Source of the DNA: a virus
Lineage: Duplodnaviria; Caudoviricetes
Length of the DNA: 61,621 nt
Reading direction: 5' to 3' (one strand)
Virus record (IMG/VR): IMGVR_UViG_3300048930_000318
Coordinates: 1 to 61,621 of that record
In this document: positions 9,188-18,164 of the stretch, piece by piece
How the letters are laid out: each line of letters starts with the position of its first letter
Position numbering within the stretch: the first letter of the stretch is position 1
Program-made: the position numbers and the translations under genes
Notes under the pieces: generated by a model
Databases searched by the model: none
Seen by the model: the letters and a program-made list of their open reading frames with translations, nothing else
What the model was told of the DNA's origin: nothing

Positions 9188-9745
9188 CTATAGGGCGTTC
9201 TGCCAGTTGATTGCGTCCCGATCTTCTTTTGCTTTTTTGGTTAAGATTGTGATCTTATGATCAAGCAGTGTAACAAACCACCCCTTTTCGTTGAGGCGTT
9301 TATTTGCCCCTTGAATTGCAGATCGGAGGCGGGGTGCATCCCAATCCCCAATCTGAGGGATTGCCGTGTTCAACGATATACCGCCCGCGTTCTTTACGCA
9401 AGCGACCATGTGCTTTTTCACAAATTCGATCAAGATTGCAACATCACCTTGGATGGATTCTTGATACTCTTCCTCGATCTGCTCAACTGTGGGGATCTCG
9501 TCGTCTTGTGGGTACAGTGCGTTGCCGTGCGTCTGCACAGCGGTAACAACTCGCCAGATCATCTTGACTAGATCCGCGTAGATCGTTTCTTGTGTCCACT
9601 TATCTGATTCGGTTGGTCTTATTGCGCCAACGTAATTATCAACAAAGCCAAATACTTCTTGGTGGATCGAAGGTGGTACACCATCTGGTAGGCTGTACTT
9701 GTCGGCCAAGTATGCTTGAAAGTCCAAAACATCTTGTCGAGACAT
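9188..9745 (-). CDS. Hypothetical protein
   Basis: 185-aa ORF with AAGGAG RBS, packed in the operon. Confidence 0.6.
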   Translation of the reverse strand: MSRQDVLDFQAYLADKYSLPDGVPPSIHQEVFGFVDNYVGAIRPTESDKWTQETIYADLVKMIWRVVTAVQTHGNALYPQDDEIPTVEQIEEEYQESIQGDVAILIEFVKKHMVACVKNAGGISLNTAIPQIGDWDAPRLRSAIQGANKRLNEKGWFVTLLDHKITILTKKAKEDRDAINWQNAL

Positions 9746-9749
9746 GGTT

Positions 9750-10025
9750 TTACTCCTTTTCCTCTATGTAGTTTTTGCCCCTTTCAGTGAGGCGGAGATA
9801 ACGAAACATATCAAAATATGATCCAGTCTTCTCAAGATAACCACGACGCATAAGGCTATTGGCTGTCTTTGTGCAAAGAAGATCTCCACCCACTTCTCTG
9901 AGTTGTATGAAGTCACGCGCACCTTGTACTCGAAAGTCTGAGTAACTTTGGCACTGTACGCCGTCATGGATTCGTTGAAGTAGATACACTTGCTGAGGTG
10001 TGAGTTTTTCCCTTTTAGCCTTCAT
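9750..10025 (-). CDS. Small winged-helix-like protein
   Basis: LTPQQVYLL...TANSLMRRGYLE...LRLTERGK pattern. Confidence 0.6.
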   Translation of the reverse strand: MKAKREKLTPQQVYLLQRIHDGVQCQSYSDFRVQGARDFIQLREVGGDLLCTKTANSLMRRGYLEKTGSYFDMFRYLRLTERGKNYIEEKE

Positions 10026-10066
10026 CGCTTCACCTTTTTTGGTTATATGTTATTGGTGTAGAGTCG

Positions 10067-10141
10067 CGGCCATGGACGGACTCGAACCGCCGCTTTGCAG
10101 ATTTGGAGTCTGCTTGTGCTTCCCATTACGACTACATGACC
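10067..10141 (-). tRNA. tRNA-Trp (CCA)
   Basis: Acceptor GGTCATG/CATGGCC with G discriminator; anticodon arm GCAGA-CTCCAAA-TCTGC; T-arm GGCGG-TTCGAGT-CCGTC; imperfect D-stem; 3' CCA not encoded. Confidence 0.85.
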
Positions 10142-10190
10142 AGACGTGACGACAACCCCGTCACAGTGGGCTTGGATGTGTGGCTTAGGA

Positions 10191-10559
10191 TTAGACGAGT
10201 TTGCGAACGCCCTTGAAGTTGAAAACGAAATTTCCGTTTTCGTCACGCTCACGCTCTGTCACCACCTCATAGCAGTCCCAACCGTTCACTTCGGCCACTT
10301 GGTAGGCGGCGATAGTAGAAGAGGTAAGACCGCCGAGAAGGAAGGCAAAATCATCGGTGTCAAAGTTGAAGCCGTTTTTCTCTTCCGCGACAAGCTGTGA
10401 AGCAACCTTTTCTTTCACATCTTGGAAGGTCATGTCAGTCGGAACATTGAAGCCGAGGGGCTTGGTGGCGATCTCGAATCCTGCCTCTTCAAACTGTTGG
10501 AGGTAGTTCTTCTGGTCGTGGGAGGTCATGTTCACGAGTTTGATCTTGTTGTTGGTCAT
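10191..10559 (-). CDS. Csx20-like small protein, candidate cyclic-oligoadenylate ring nuclease
   Basis: LVNMTSH, FNVP, FLLGG and CYEVVTER...FNFKGVRKL follow the Csx20-like motif order; 122 aa; AAGGA RBS. Confidence 0.5.
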   Translation of the reverse strand: MTNNKIKLVNMTSHDQKNYLQQFEEAGFEIATKPLGFNVPTDMTFQDVKEKVASQLVAEEKNGFNFDTDDFAFLLGGLTSSTIAAYQVAEVNGWDCYEVVTERERDENGNFVFNFKGVRKLV

Positions 10560-10977
10560 GGCTTTCTTCCTTTTTTGTTTCGCCTTCTTGGGCTTCTTGT
10601 GGAAAATACATCTTCTCGTAATTTGCAAGGGAGGCTTCTGCGATCTGAAAGAATCTTCCCTTTACACGGGCCATCAACTCGGCCTTGATTGTTTTATACT
10701 CGAAGGGTTGATCGTTGTCAAGAGTTTTTTTTGCCTCTTGCATTTCTTTTTCGATCAGACCCTCAACGATCAAACGGTAGCCTTCTCGCGCAAGAGAGGG
10801 TGGAAAGACAAGTTGATGGCTACCATCCTCGAACAATACCATCTGCGTCTCTTTAGAGACGATCTCTTTCAATCGTTTCTTGAACACCGCCAGTTCTTGT
10901 TGGCGGCGGTTGTGTTCTTGACGTTGTTGCTTGGTCTCTTGCTGTTGCTTCATGGTTACGATCTTCTTCTGGTTCAT
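10489..10977 (-). CDS. Hypothetical protein
   Basis: 162-aa ORF in the operon. Confidence 0.55.
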   Translation of the reverse strand: MNQKKIVTMKQQQETKQQRQEHNRRQQELAVFKKRLKEIVSKETQMVLFEDGSHQLVFPPSLAREGYRLIVEGLIEKEMQEAKKTLDNDQPFEYKTIKAELMARVKGRFFQIAEASLANYEKMYFPQEAQEGETKKEESHDQQQDQTREHDLPRPEELPPTV

Positions 10978-11007
10978 GTCTTTATCTTTCTCTTCTGGTT
11001 CATGTCG

Positions 11008-11385
11008 TTATCTTTCGTTCTCGTTCGGCCCCATCTCAAGAAAGAGACGGTGGCCGTGTTTGTTGGCAATGAACTTCGCAAGGTAGGCGATGTTCGAGAA
11101 AGTCTGTCCGTCTTTGCCCCAAGCCACACCTCTTGTAGCGTCTGGGACATAGACGATTGCGGTGAAGTGTTGGGCATCTGTGCGCGATACGGACACTTCA
11201 ACCTCATCTTCAAACTCGTAGTCCACAACGGCTCTCATGTTGGAGAGTACATTACCACGGATACGGGCGATCAGATCTTCGTCTGCGATGATAACGGGGT
11301 TGTGGGCCTTGCGGCGTTTGGTTCGCACAGGAACATCTTGCAGGGTGTGGTGTGTCATGGGGGAGTAGTTGCTCATGGTCTTCAT
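11008..11385 (-). CDS. KhpA-like single KH-domain RNA-binding protein
   Basis: VVDYEFEDEVEV...VYVPDATRGVAWGKDGQTFSNI, with GxxG loop GKDG. Confidence 0.7.
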   Translation of the reverse strand: MKTMSNYSPMTHHTLQDVPVRTKRRKAHNPVIIADEDLIARIRGNVLSNMRAVVDYEFEDEVEVSVSRTDAQHFTAIVYVPDATRGVAWGKDGQTFSNIAYLAKFIANKHGHRLFLEMGPNENER

Positions 11386-12248
11386 CCTTCGTTGGTTTCA
11401 ATGACGGCGTACTCACCGTCGTTTTTTGTTGTAAAAGGCTCTCTCCAGTATCCGTCTGGGTAAGCCCCGCTTTCCTTTAGAGACTTGGTGTTTCCGAAAT
11501 CCACACCGTACGCCAAACCGAGATCGCTGAGTGTTGTGTACGCGACCAAGAAGGCGTCAGCTAAGTCGTAACCGTATCTCTTCTTCCCATCATACTTCAA
11601 GGCGATGTCCAAGTCAAGAGAAAAGATTTCTTTTGTGGCTGCGACGGAGGCTTCCTTTGGATCTCGCCCACCTACACCACACACGCCCTTAACAAGCGTT
11701 GGGCTGTATAGTTTGAATGGAAGACCCGCTTGCCAGAGTCCGACCTTAACGAGACCGCCTAACTCGTGAATTTCAGATACGCGGTGACTTTGTTGCGAGA
11801 AAGCATAGTCTTCAATACCAACATAGTTGTGACGATCTTCAAGTGTGTGTTTGTCAATATAATCAAGTACATACTGAGAGACAACGTGGAGACGGTGCAT
11901 ACGGTGATCATAGAGATCGGTATAGCGACAATCAAAGACAACAAAGTGATCTCGGTGTTTACCATCTAACATCTTCTTGGCAGGTGTGAACGCTTTGTAG
12001 TCCACAATCTCAAACTTCTTTTGAAAGGGACAGGCATCGATCACAGCAATAGCTGATCCCGTCAAAGAGAGATCAAGTCCAAAGATACGAACATAATCAG
12101 ACCGTTTGAAGGCTTCTGGTTCACGTTTCTTGAGTACCTTCTGGCGGATCTCCTTCTGTGTCTCTTTTGATTTCGTCGTCTTCTTCTCTGTCATATCGTC
12201 CGTCTTCTGGTTCTTCCCCTGTGTTGTCGAGGTCTTCTGTGCTTTCAT
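11382..12248 (-). CDS. RuvC-like Holliday junction resolvase
   Basis: GLDLSLTGSAIA, VGIEDYAFS, ELGGLVK, SPTLVK and DLADA motifs. Confidence 0.8.
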   Translation of the reverse strand: MKAQKTSTTQGKNQKTDDMTEKKTTKSKETQKEIRQKVLKKREPEAFKRSDYVRIFGLDLSLTGSAIAVIDACPFQKKFEIVDYKAFTPAKKMLDGKHRDHFVVFDCRYTDLYDHRMHRLHVVSQYVLDYIDKHTLEDRHNYVGIEDYAFSQQSHRVSEIHELGGLVKVGLWQAGLPFKLYSPTLVKGVCGVGGRDPKEASVAATKEIFSLDLDIALKYDGKKRYGYDLADAFLVAYTTLSDLGLAYGVDFGNTKSLKESGAYPDGYWREPFTTKNDGEYAVIETNEG

Positions 12249-13548
12249 TGTCTTCCATCCTTCGGATCAAAGTGGAGATCCTGTTTTTTGCATAGGCAAA
12301 CCGTGTGGGATCGGATTCGATGCCTATCACTTTTCTGTTTAGCTTTGTTGCTTCATATACCGTAAAGCCTACATTTGCAAAGGGATCAAGGATCGTGTGG
12401 TATGCCGCACTCATATCCTTGATAATATCGCGCAGGTATGCTGTAGGTGGGCATCTTGGATGTACTACACCGTCAACCCAACCTTTTGAGCGGTACTGCC
12501 CGTGATTGGGTAGGTTCTGCGATGGGTTGTAGGTATAGTTGTAGTGCTGACACCCACGCACCATGTAGATCATACTGTTTTTGTAGTCTTTACGGGCTTT
12601 TTTTCTTCCGAGGTTCTTGAACTCAAGACAGGCATGGAAGCCCTCTCGAATAAATAGCCCCGCTTTCTGCATAGCCGCCTTGTACTCGTAGGCGGTATCA
12701 ATATGATCACACAACACAACAACCGTACCCCTTACGGCAAGGTATGGTACGATCTTCTCGATCCAGTCTGTTTTGATGTCAGGCGTGGGGTAGGTGAGAA
12801 CAAGCCCCACCGATCTCTCAGGTAGATGGGTCTTGAGGATCTGTGTGTACTCTCCGTTATACACCCTTGTCATTTCACTGCGCTTCACGAGATCCTTACC
12901 TGATCCAACTGTGCGTTGGATGCGTTTCTTCTCATATTGAAACTGCGCCTTTTTCTCTTTGACAAGGCGGATAGCCTCGCGCACAAGGTAGTTTCTCTCT
13001 GCGGTAGAGACAGGTTGACGTTTGATCTTCTCTCTGATCTCGTCTGGGAGGTTCGCAGGTTCCATAAGGCGCTTGATTGTGTTAGGTGATACGTCACGCG
13101 CCTTTGCCATAGCTTGCACAAACTGAGGTACGAGACCTGCTTCGATGGAGTCCTTGTTCTCTTCCTCGTAAGCCTTCTTGCGTAGGGCTAGGGCTTCTGC
13201 GAGTTCGAGGGTATCAAAGTCCTTACGAAAGACGTTCTCAGCGATCTGTAGATCGAGAAGGTGTGTCTTGTCGTCAGGCTCTACAACCAAGCATTTGACC
13301 TTGATACCAAGTTGCTTACAGGCTAGGCGGCGTCTGCGGCCCGTCACGACGATATACATAGTGCGATCTTGGACTTTTCGTTGCATGACTGTGATCGGTT
13401 GGATCTGTCCATCTTTTTTGATGGACTCTTTCAGCCCCTCAATATCGCCGTAGTCTGTGCGGTCATGTGTTCCCCTGATCGTGACGATCTCGTCGGGGTC
13501 TAGGTCAAGGACGACACTATCTTTGGGGATTAGGTTCTGCCGTGTCAT
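12121..13548 (-). CDS. ParB/Srx N-terminal domain fused to a degenerate DNA methyltransferase fold
   Basis: IEGLKESIKKDGQIQPI, VTGRRRRLA, AENVFRKD; C-terminal SVGLVLTYP...ILDPFANVGFT...IGIESD. Confidence 0.8.
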   Translation of the reverse strand: MTRQNLIPKDSVVLDLDPDEIVTIRGTHDRTDYGDIEGLKESIKKDGQIQPITVMQRKVQDRTMYIVVTGRRRRLACKQLGIKVKCLVVEPDDKTHLLDLQIAENVFRKDFDTLELAEALALRKKAYEEENKDSIEAGLVPQFVQAMAKARDVSPNTIKRLMEPANLPDEIREKIKRQPVSTAERNYLVREAIRLVKEKKAQFQYEKKRIQRTVGSGKDLVKRSEMTRVYNGEYTQILKTHLPERSVGLVLTYPTPDIKTDWIEKIVPYLAVRGTVVVLCDHIDTAYEYKAAMQKAGLFIREGFHACLEFKNLGRKKARKDYKNSMIYMVRGCQHYNYTYNPSQNLPNHGQYRSKGWVDGVVHPRCPPTAYLRDIIKDMSAAYHTILDPFANVGFTVYEATKLNRKVIGIESDPTRFAYAKNRISTLIRRMEDNESTEDLDNTGEEPEDGRYDREEDDEIKRDTEGDPPEGTQET

Positions 13549-13553
13549 TCTCC

Positions 13554-15287
13554 CTACCTTTCTTGGATCTCAGAGTGGCCCGTTGTGTTTCGATCTACCG
13601 TGATCGTGCGTGAGATCGTGGAGAGAATATCGGAGTGATGGGAGATAAGAAAGATCTGTTTGTATCCGATCTTGGGTAGTTTCTCGGTGACAAGGTGAAG
13701 TAGGCGTTGTCGGTTCGTGGCGTCAAGCATCGCAAAGGTCTCGTCCAAGATGATGAAGTTGGATTGAAAGCCTGTCATACTCGACACAAGATAGGCGCAA
13801 GCAAGGCGCACAGCAAAGGAGATCAAGACTTTTTCACCGCCAGACTCTAACTCAAAGATACGGGTAGATCGACCATCTAGGATCTCAAGACTTGGTTGGT
13901 ACTTTCTCTTCTTTGGTCTGTCTGTACCACAACCGCTACAGCGGCCACCTGACCACTCCGAACCACCACAAACAGGGCAGACTTTCTCGTATGTACCAAG
14001 TTCTTGGTACGGTGTGAATTGGATTCTCTTGTTGGACTCCAAAGTTTCAAGGATCTCGTTGCAGATATTCGAGACTTGGTGGAGTTCTTGGATAAGTATG
14101 GAGAGAGGTACGCCCTTATCAGAACAAGCGTGAGCGAGACGGGCAAGGTGTAAGCCTCGCACTTCAAGCGGTGCGATCTGGGATTCGAGATCCAAGAGGG
14201 TCTGTTCATACTCGGTGATCTCTCGTAGCCGATCTTCGTGGATCGCTATGTTCTTGGTATGGTTAGAGATCGCAGTCTCGTAGTTGTGGACAACGTGTTT
14301 TCCCTTCTCAATACGAATTTGAAGATCTTGTAATGGGTTGTATGCGACTTCTTGGACATCACCTAAAGAAGAGATCTCCTTGGTGAGTGTATTGATCTGC
14401 TCTTGTGTTTTACTCTTGGCTTGTGCTTGAGAGACTTGGAGTAGATCACAGTGGATTGAGAGTGTTGGGCAGATGCCTTCTTGGATGCGTTTCAGTTCAT
14501 TTTGAAGCGAGTCTAACTGAGACTGATACCTAGACCTCAATCTAAGTCTCTCAGCGTCCTTAGCCGCGTTCTGCCACGTTTCCTTGTGGTGCTGATCAAC
14601 TTGGAGTTGAAGGCTATGCAGGAGTTCGTCTGCTTTCTTTTTTCTCTCGGATACCTCGGAGATTTGGGTATGCAGAAATTCCAAGATATTCTGGTAGTCC
14701 CGCTTATTTGAGATCCTACCTTTGAGATCTTGGATCTTGTACTTGAGGATGTGGATCTGGTCTGTTACTTCTTGTCGCTTTTCTTTGATGATTGCGGAGT
14801 AGCGCGTCCACACCTGTAGTCCACTTGTCCATCTTGCGAAATAGTCCGTCTTATCCCCCAAGAGAAACAGGTGAATATCCTCCTGCACAAAGTAGGTCAG
14901 GCTGATAAAGTCGAGGTAGGTGCAGTTGAGCATCTTTGCCAGACCTACTTGGATCTCCGAGACCTTACCCGATAAGCCTGTCACTTCCATAACGGGCTGA
15001 TTGTCGCGGGTACGACCACGCTTGATCGTGATCTCTTGGTCGTTGAGGATGATCGTAACCTCGACAAACATCTGACCAACAAGTGTTTCTGTGTTGATCA
15101 GATCTGTCTCGGTAGTTCTTGGTGTAGATGGGATCTTACCAAAGAGGGCGTAGGTGAGTGCTTTGAAGATTGAGGATTTACCCGATCCGTTATGACCGAT
15201 GATCGCTAGAGTCTCGTTCGGGTTGAACGAGATCGTTTGATCCTTGTAACTCAAGAAGTTCTTTAATCTTATAGTCTTTAGCTGCAT
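13554..15287 (-). CDS. sbcC: SbcC/Rad50-like SMC ATPase
   Basis: LKNFLSY, Walker A GHNGSGKS, Q-loop, coiled coil, signature SGGEK, Walker B ILDE, ISH. Confidence 0.9.
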   Translation of the reverse strand: MQLKTIRLKNFLSYKDQTISFNPNETLAIIGHNGSGKSSIFKALTYALFGKIPSTPRTTETDLINTETLVGQMFVEVTIILNDQEITIKRGRTRDNQPVMEVTGLSGKVSEIQVGLAKMLNCTYLDFISLTYFVQEDIHLFLLGDKTDYFARWTSGLQVWTRYSAIIKEKRQEVTDQIHILKYKIQDLKGRISNKRDYQNILEFLHTQISEVSERKKKADELLHSLQLQVDQHHKETWQNAAKDAERLRLRSRYQSQLDSLQNELKRIQEGICPTLSIHCDLLQVSQAQAKSKTQEQINTLTKEISSLGDVQEVAYNPLQDLQIRIEKGKHVVHNYETAISNHTKNIAIHEDRLREITEYEQTLLDLESQIAPLEVRGLHLARLAHACSDKGVPLSILIQELHQVSNICNEILETLESNKRIQFTPYQELGTYEKVCPVCGGSEWSGGRCSGCGTDRPKKRKYQPSLEILDGRSTRIFELESGGEKVLISFAVRLACAYLVSSMTGFQSNFIILDETFAMLDATNRQRLLHLVTEKLPKIGYKQIFLISHHSDILSTISRTITVDRNTTGHSEIQER

Positions 15288-15837
15288 CTTTTTTCCTTTT
15301 TAGCCTTAACTCAGCATACCAGCGATCTCGGTTTGGATGATCTACATGGTGAAAAGCGCCATAGTAGAGGATCGCGTTGAACATCGCCTTATGTACCCGT
15401 AAGGTACGGCGTATATCGGACTTACGTAAAGTAAAGATGTACTCCCAGATCTTATAGACGGTTTCGTCTGTAACGCGGATAGGCTCAGCCTCTTCGAGTT
15501 TTGACGCCCTCTTTGCCGCTTCGTTTCGATGTTGGTAGTACAGGTTCTCCACCCTACAATTTGTAACATCTCCGTCTTTGTATCGGACGTAGTGATCCCA
15601 AGGGCGAGGCCCGATAAAGGCATCTGCCACAAGGTTTGAGAGCAGGTAGGTTCGACTCTCCTGTATCACTCGAACACGCAGGTAGCCATCTAAACCGCTT
15701 GAGGGCTTGCGTAGTTTACCCGTCAGGAGTGACTTTACCCTCCCCATATTCGAGACTTCTAGGTATTTGGAGATCGCAGACTCTCTCCACTCTTCATTAG
15801 GGAGATTTCGGTAGGTTCTCTTGGGTGTCTTCTTCAT
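15190..15837 (-). CDS. NUMOD4-HNH endonuclease, probably degenerate
   Basis: EEWR...YLEVSNMGRVKS; LVADAFIGPRP...KDGDVTNCRVENL; usual His residues replaced. Confidence 0.75.
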   Translation of the reverse strand: MKKTPKRTYRNLPNEEWRESAISKYLEVSNMGRVKSLLTGKLRKPSSGLDGYLRVRVIQESRTYLLSNLVADAFIGPRPWDHYVRYKDGDVTNCRVENLYYQHRNEAAKRASKLEEAEPIRVTDETVYKIWEYIFTLRKSDIRRTLRVHKAMFNAILYYGAFHHVDHPNRDRWYAELRLKRKKDAAKDYKIKELLELQGSNDLVQPERDSSDHRS

Positions 15838-16123
15838 CGTCTTCCAACCTCAAAGCAGCGATCACAAGGTTCTGTTTGTATAGGCGACCAACCCCTAGAG
15901 GTTTCCAGTTCTCGCCTGTGACGAAGGCTTCTCGTATCTCAACCCACCATTGATCCACACCTTTTGTAGAGGGGTTGGCCAAGTAGGACAGTACGATCTC
16001 ACCTCCATCTAGGATCGCGTGTGTAGGTATTGCGCCTTTTGGTAGTGATACGGTCTCACCCGCATAACACGAGATCAGACTGAGGTTTTGATTTCTTCCC
16101 ATAGTGGCTCGATCTCCTTCCAA
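15797..16123 (-). CDS. Hypothetical phage protein
   Basis: Fills the gap between sbcD and HNH; LPKGA..L pattern common in small phage proteins. Confidence 0.5.
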   Translation of the reverse strand: MEGDRATMGRNQNLSLISCYAGETVSLPKGAIPTHAILDGGEIVLSYLANPSTKGVDQWWVEIREAFVTGENWKPLGVGRLYKQNLVIAALRLEDDEEDTQENLPKSP

Positions 16124-17250
16124 ACCTTCTCGCCTTGTTGTGTTGACGAGGTTATGTATTTTTCAAGTAGGGTGTCTGGGTTGGATAGCTGTTCGGGTGT
16201 GGGCGCTATATCAAATTCTCTCTGCTTGTTTTGCTTGTGGATCGGTGAGAGTTTGACAGCCAAAGCACCGAGGTTCTTCAACCAAGAGACAAAGGCAGAC
16301 CAGTCGATCTCTGCATCGGTAAGGCGGATCACACGGACGATCTTACCGTAGGTTAGAAACTGTGTGCAATTTTGATAGGTTCGAGCATACTCAAGGAGAT
16401 CTTCGGTTGTCTGGATCTCTGCGGGGATCTCTACCGTTTTGAACAGTCGAGGTTGTAACGTGGTTTGGATCAGGTGTTCCCCGTAGGCGTTTCGAGAATA
16501 GATAACAGAGGGGTTAGCCTCTTCGCCGAACGAGAGGGGCATACAAGATCCGAGGCACAGGTGATCGTGTTCTTTGATGTACTGAAACTTGTGGATATGA
16601 CCGCTGATTGCGGGGTACGGCCAGTCATACACAAAGTCAGCCCCCTTGTATGGGAGTTCTTGCCCGTTGATGTTTGCACCTTTTGGGTTAAGGTGCGTGA
16701 AGGCGATAGAAACAGGTAGATCGTCGTTGAATGCGGTGTTTGTAAGGTATCCACCTGAGTCCAGTTCGGACTGGACATCGCAGACGTACTCGTCCCAAGA
16801 CTTATAGATACTCGGTGACGGGTGAGGTAAGAACAGGCAAGAGTCGATCAGTCTTGGTCGTTCGAGGATCTTCACTTTTTTGAAGGGGTACGCCGCATAT
16901 AGGCTCAAGGCTGAGTGTTCTCTTGATGTTTTGCCGTAAGCAAATGCGTCGTGGTTCCCTACCAAGATATACAAGGGGATACCTACGGACTCCCAAGCCA
17001 CAAGGAAGTCCAAGAAGATCAGTTGATCTGCTACTTCTGGCTCTGGTGTATCGAACACGTCTCCAAGATGGACAGCGAAGTGATAGCCGCCGCCTTGTGC
17101 TTGGAATAGGAACTCGTACAGCCTCTCTTCGATATGCTTGGACAGACTATACCCCGCAGACTTCTTGCCGAGGTGTGTATCTCCGATGCAGATGAAATTG
17201 GGTGAAGTTGTAGGCTTTCTCGGTGAAGGTGTGGATGTTGCGACTCTCAT
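16075..17250 (-). CDS. sbcD: SbcD/Mre11-like metallophosphoesterase nuclease
   Basis: GDTHLG, GDVFD, GNHD, FTH and SGHIH motifs. Confidence 0.9.
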   Translation of the reverse strand: MRVATSTPSPRKPTTSPNFICIGDTHLGKKSAGYSLSKHIEERLYEFLFQAQGGGYHFAVHLGDVFDTPEPEVADQLIFLDFLVAWESVGIPLYILVGNHDAFAYGKTSREHSALSLYAAYPFKKVKILERPRLIDSCLFLPHPSPSIYKSWDEYVCDVQSELDSGGYLTNTAFNDDLPVSIAFTHLNPKGANINGQELPYKGADFVYDWPYPAISGHIHKFQYIKEHDHLCLGSCMPLSFGEEANPSVIYSRNAYGEHLIQTTLQPRLFKTVEIPAEIQTTEDLLEYARTYQNCTQFLTYGKIVRVIRLTDAEIDWSAFVSWLKNLGALAVKLSPIHKQNKQREFDIAPTPEQLSNPDTLLEKYITSSTQQGEKVWKEIEPLWEEIKTSV

Positions 17251-18164
17251 TCATCCACCTCTTCGGCTTCTGTCTTGGAGGATGCGGATCGCAAACCTTT
17301 CTCAAAGTCGATGATCAGATCACAAGACCCAAATGGTGTATTGAGTCTGTTCTTCTCTGCGGTGACGCGAACTTTGAGACCTGCAACATACTTCTTTTTG
17401 TCCTTGGTGCGGTACACCTTACCGAGATGTTCAACACGCAGACGGAGAGAGGCATAGAATCCGATACGCTTACCGCCTACAGGCTTCGCCTTGGACTTGA
17501 AGCCTTGGGGTGAGACCTCACCCTCGTTCACTTGGTTGATAAGGTACAGAAGGTGGGGTGAACGTGGGATTAGTGCGCCAATGATCCGTAAAGCCTTGGA
17601 GATCAGTTGTGCGCGCATTTGCGCTTGGCGATCTTGGTCGAAAGTGGCGTTTGCGACCTCTGCATTTGTGGAGAGACCCGCTACCGAGTCCACCACGATC
17701 ACCATCGGGATCTCTTTGTTTGCCTCGATCAGTTTGTGCATCGTCTCGAAGACTTCCTCAACGATGTTCGAGTCCACGACCAGTAGGTTATCCGTGTTGA
17801 TCCCATAGGAGAGTGCGAGTGTACGAGAAAACTCACCTTCTGCGGTGAAGAGTACACCCATACCACCGCGCTCTTGCACCTTGGCAATAGCGTTGTAGGC
17901 AAGTGTCGTTTTACCCGTCTGAGACTCCCCAAACACTTCGATGATGCGACCCATAGGGTATCCGCGTTTGTGAGCCTCAAGAACTTCGTCAAGTTCTTCG
18001 ATACCTGTAGGTAGAAAGTGTTGAGGCTCACCTAGATCGCTTTCTGTACCTGAGAATACAGCCTCGTTTGAGAGAGCCTTTCTTGCGACTGCGGCTAGGC
18101 TTTGGATTGCGTTCTTTGTGTCGAAAGTGGCGGCTGTATTGGTCTTCTTAGCCATTATCTTCAT
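17247..18164 (-). CDS. recA: RecA/UvsX recombinase
   Basis: GYPMGRIIEVFGESQTGKT, VVDSVA, LINQV, GGKRIGFYASLR, KNRL. Confidence 0.92.
   Translation of the reverse strand: MKIMAKKTNTAATFDTKNAIQSLAAVARKALSNEAVFSGTESDLGEPQHFLPTGIEELDEVLEAHKRGYPMGRIIEVFGESQTGKTTLAYNAIAKVQERGGMGVLFTAEGEFSRTLALSYGINTDNLLVVDSNIVEEVFETMHKLIEANKEIPMVIVVDSVAGLSTNAEVANATFDQDRQAQMRAQLISKALRIIGALIPRSPHLLYLINQVNEGEVSPQGFKSKAKPVGGKRIGFYASLRLRVEHLGKVYRTKDKKKYVAGLKVRVTAEKNRLNTPFGSCDLIIDFEKGLRSASSKTEAEEVDE

Noticed and set aside
10067-10141. Suppressor tRNA or alternative genetic code
   Set aside because: The anticodon is CCA (Trp) and conserved genes are uninterrupted in the standard code with all three stops in use
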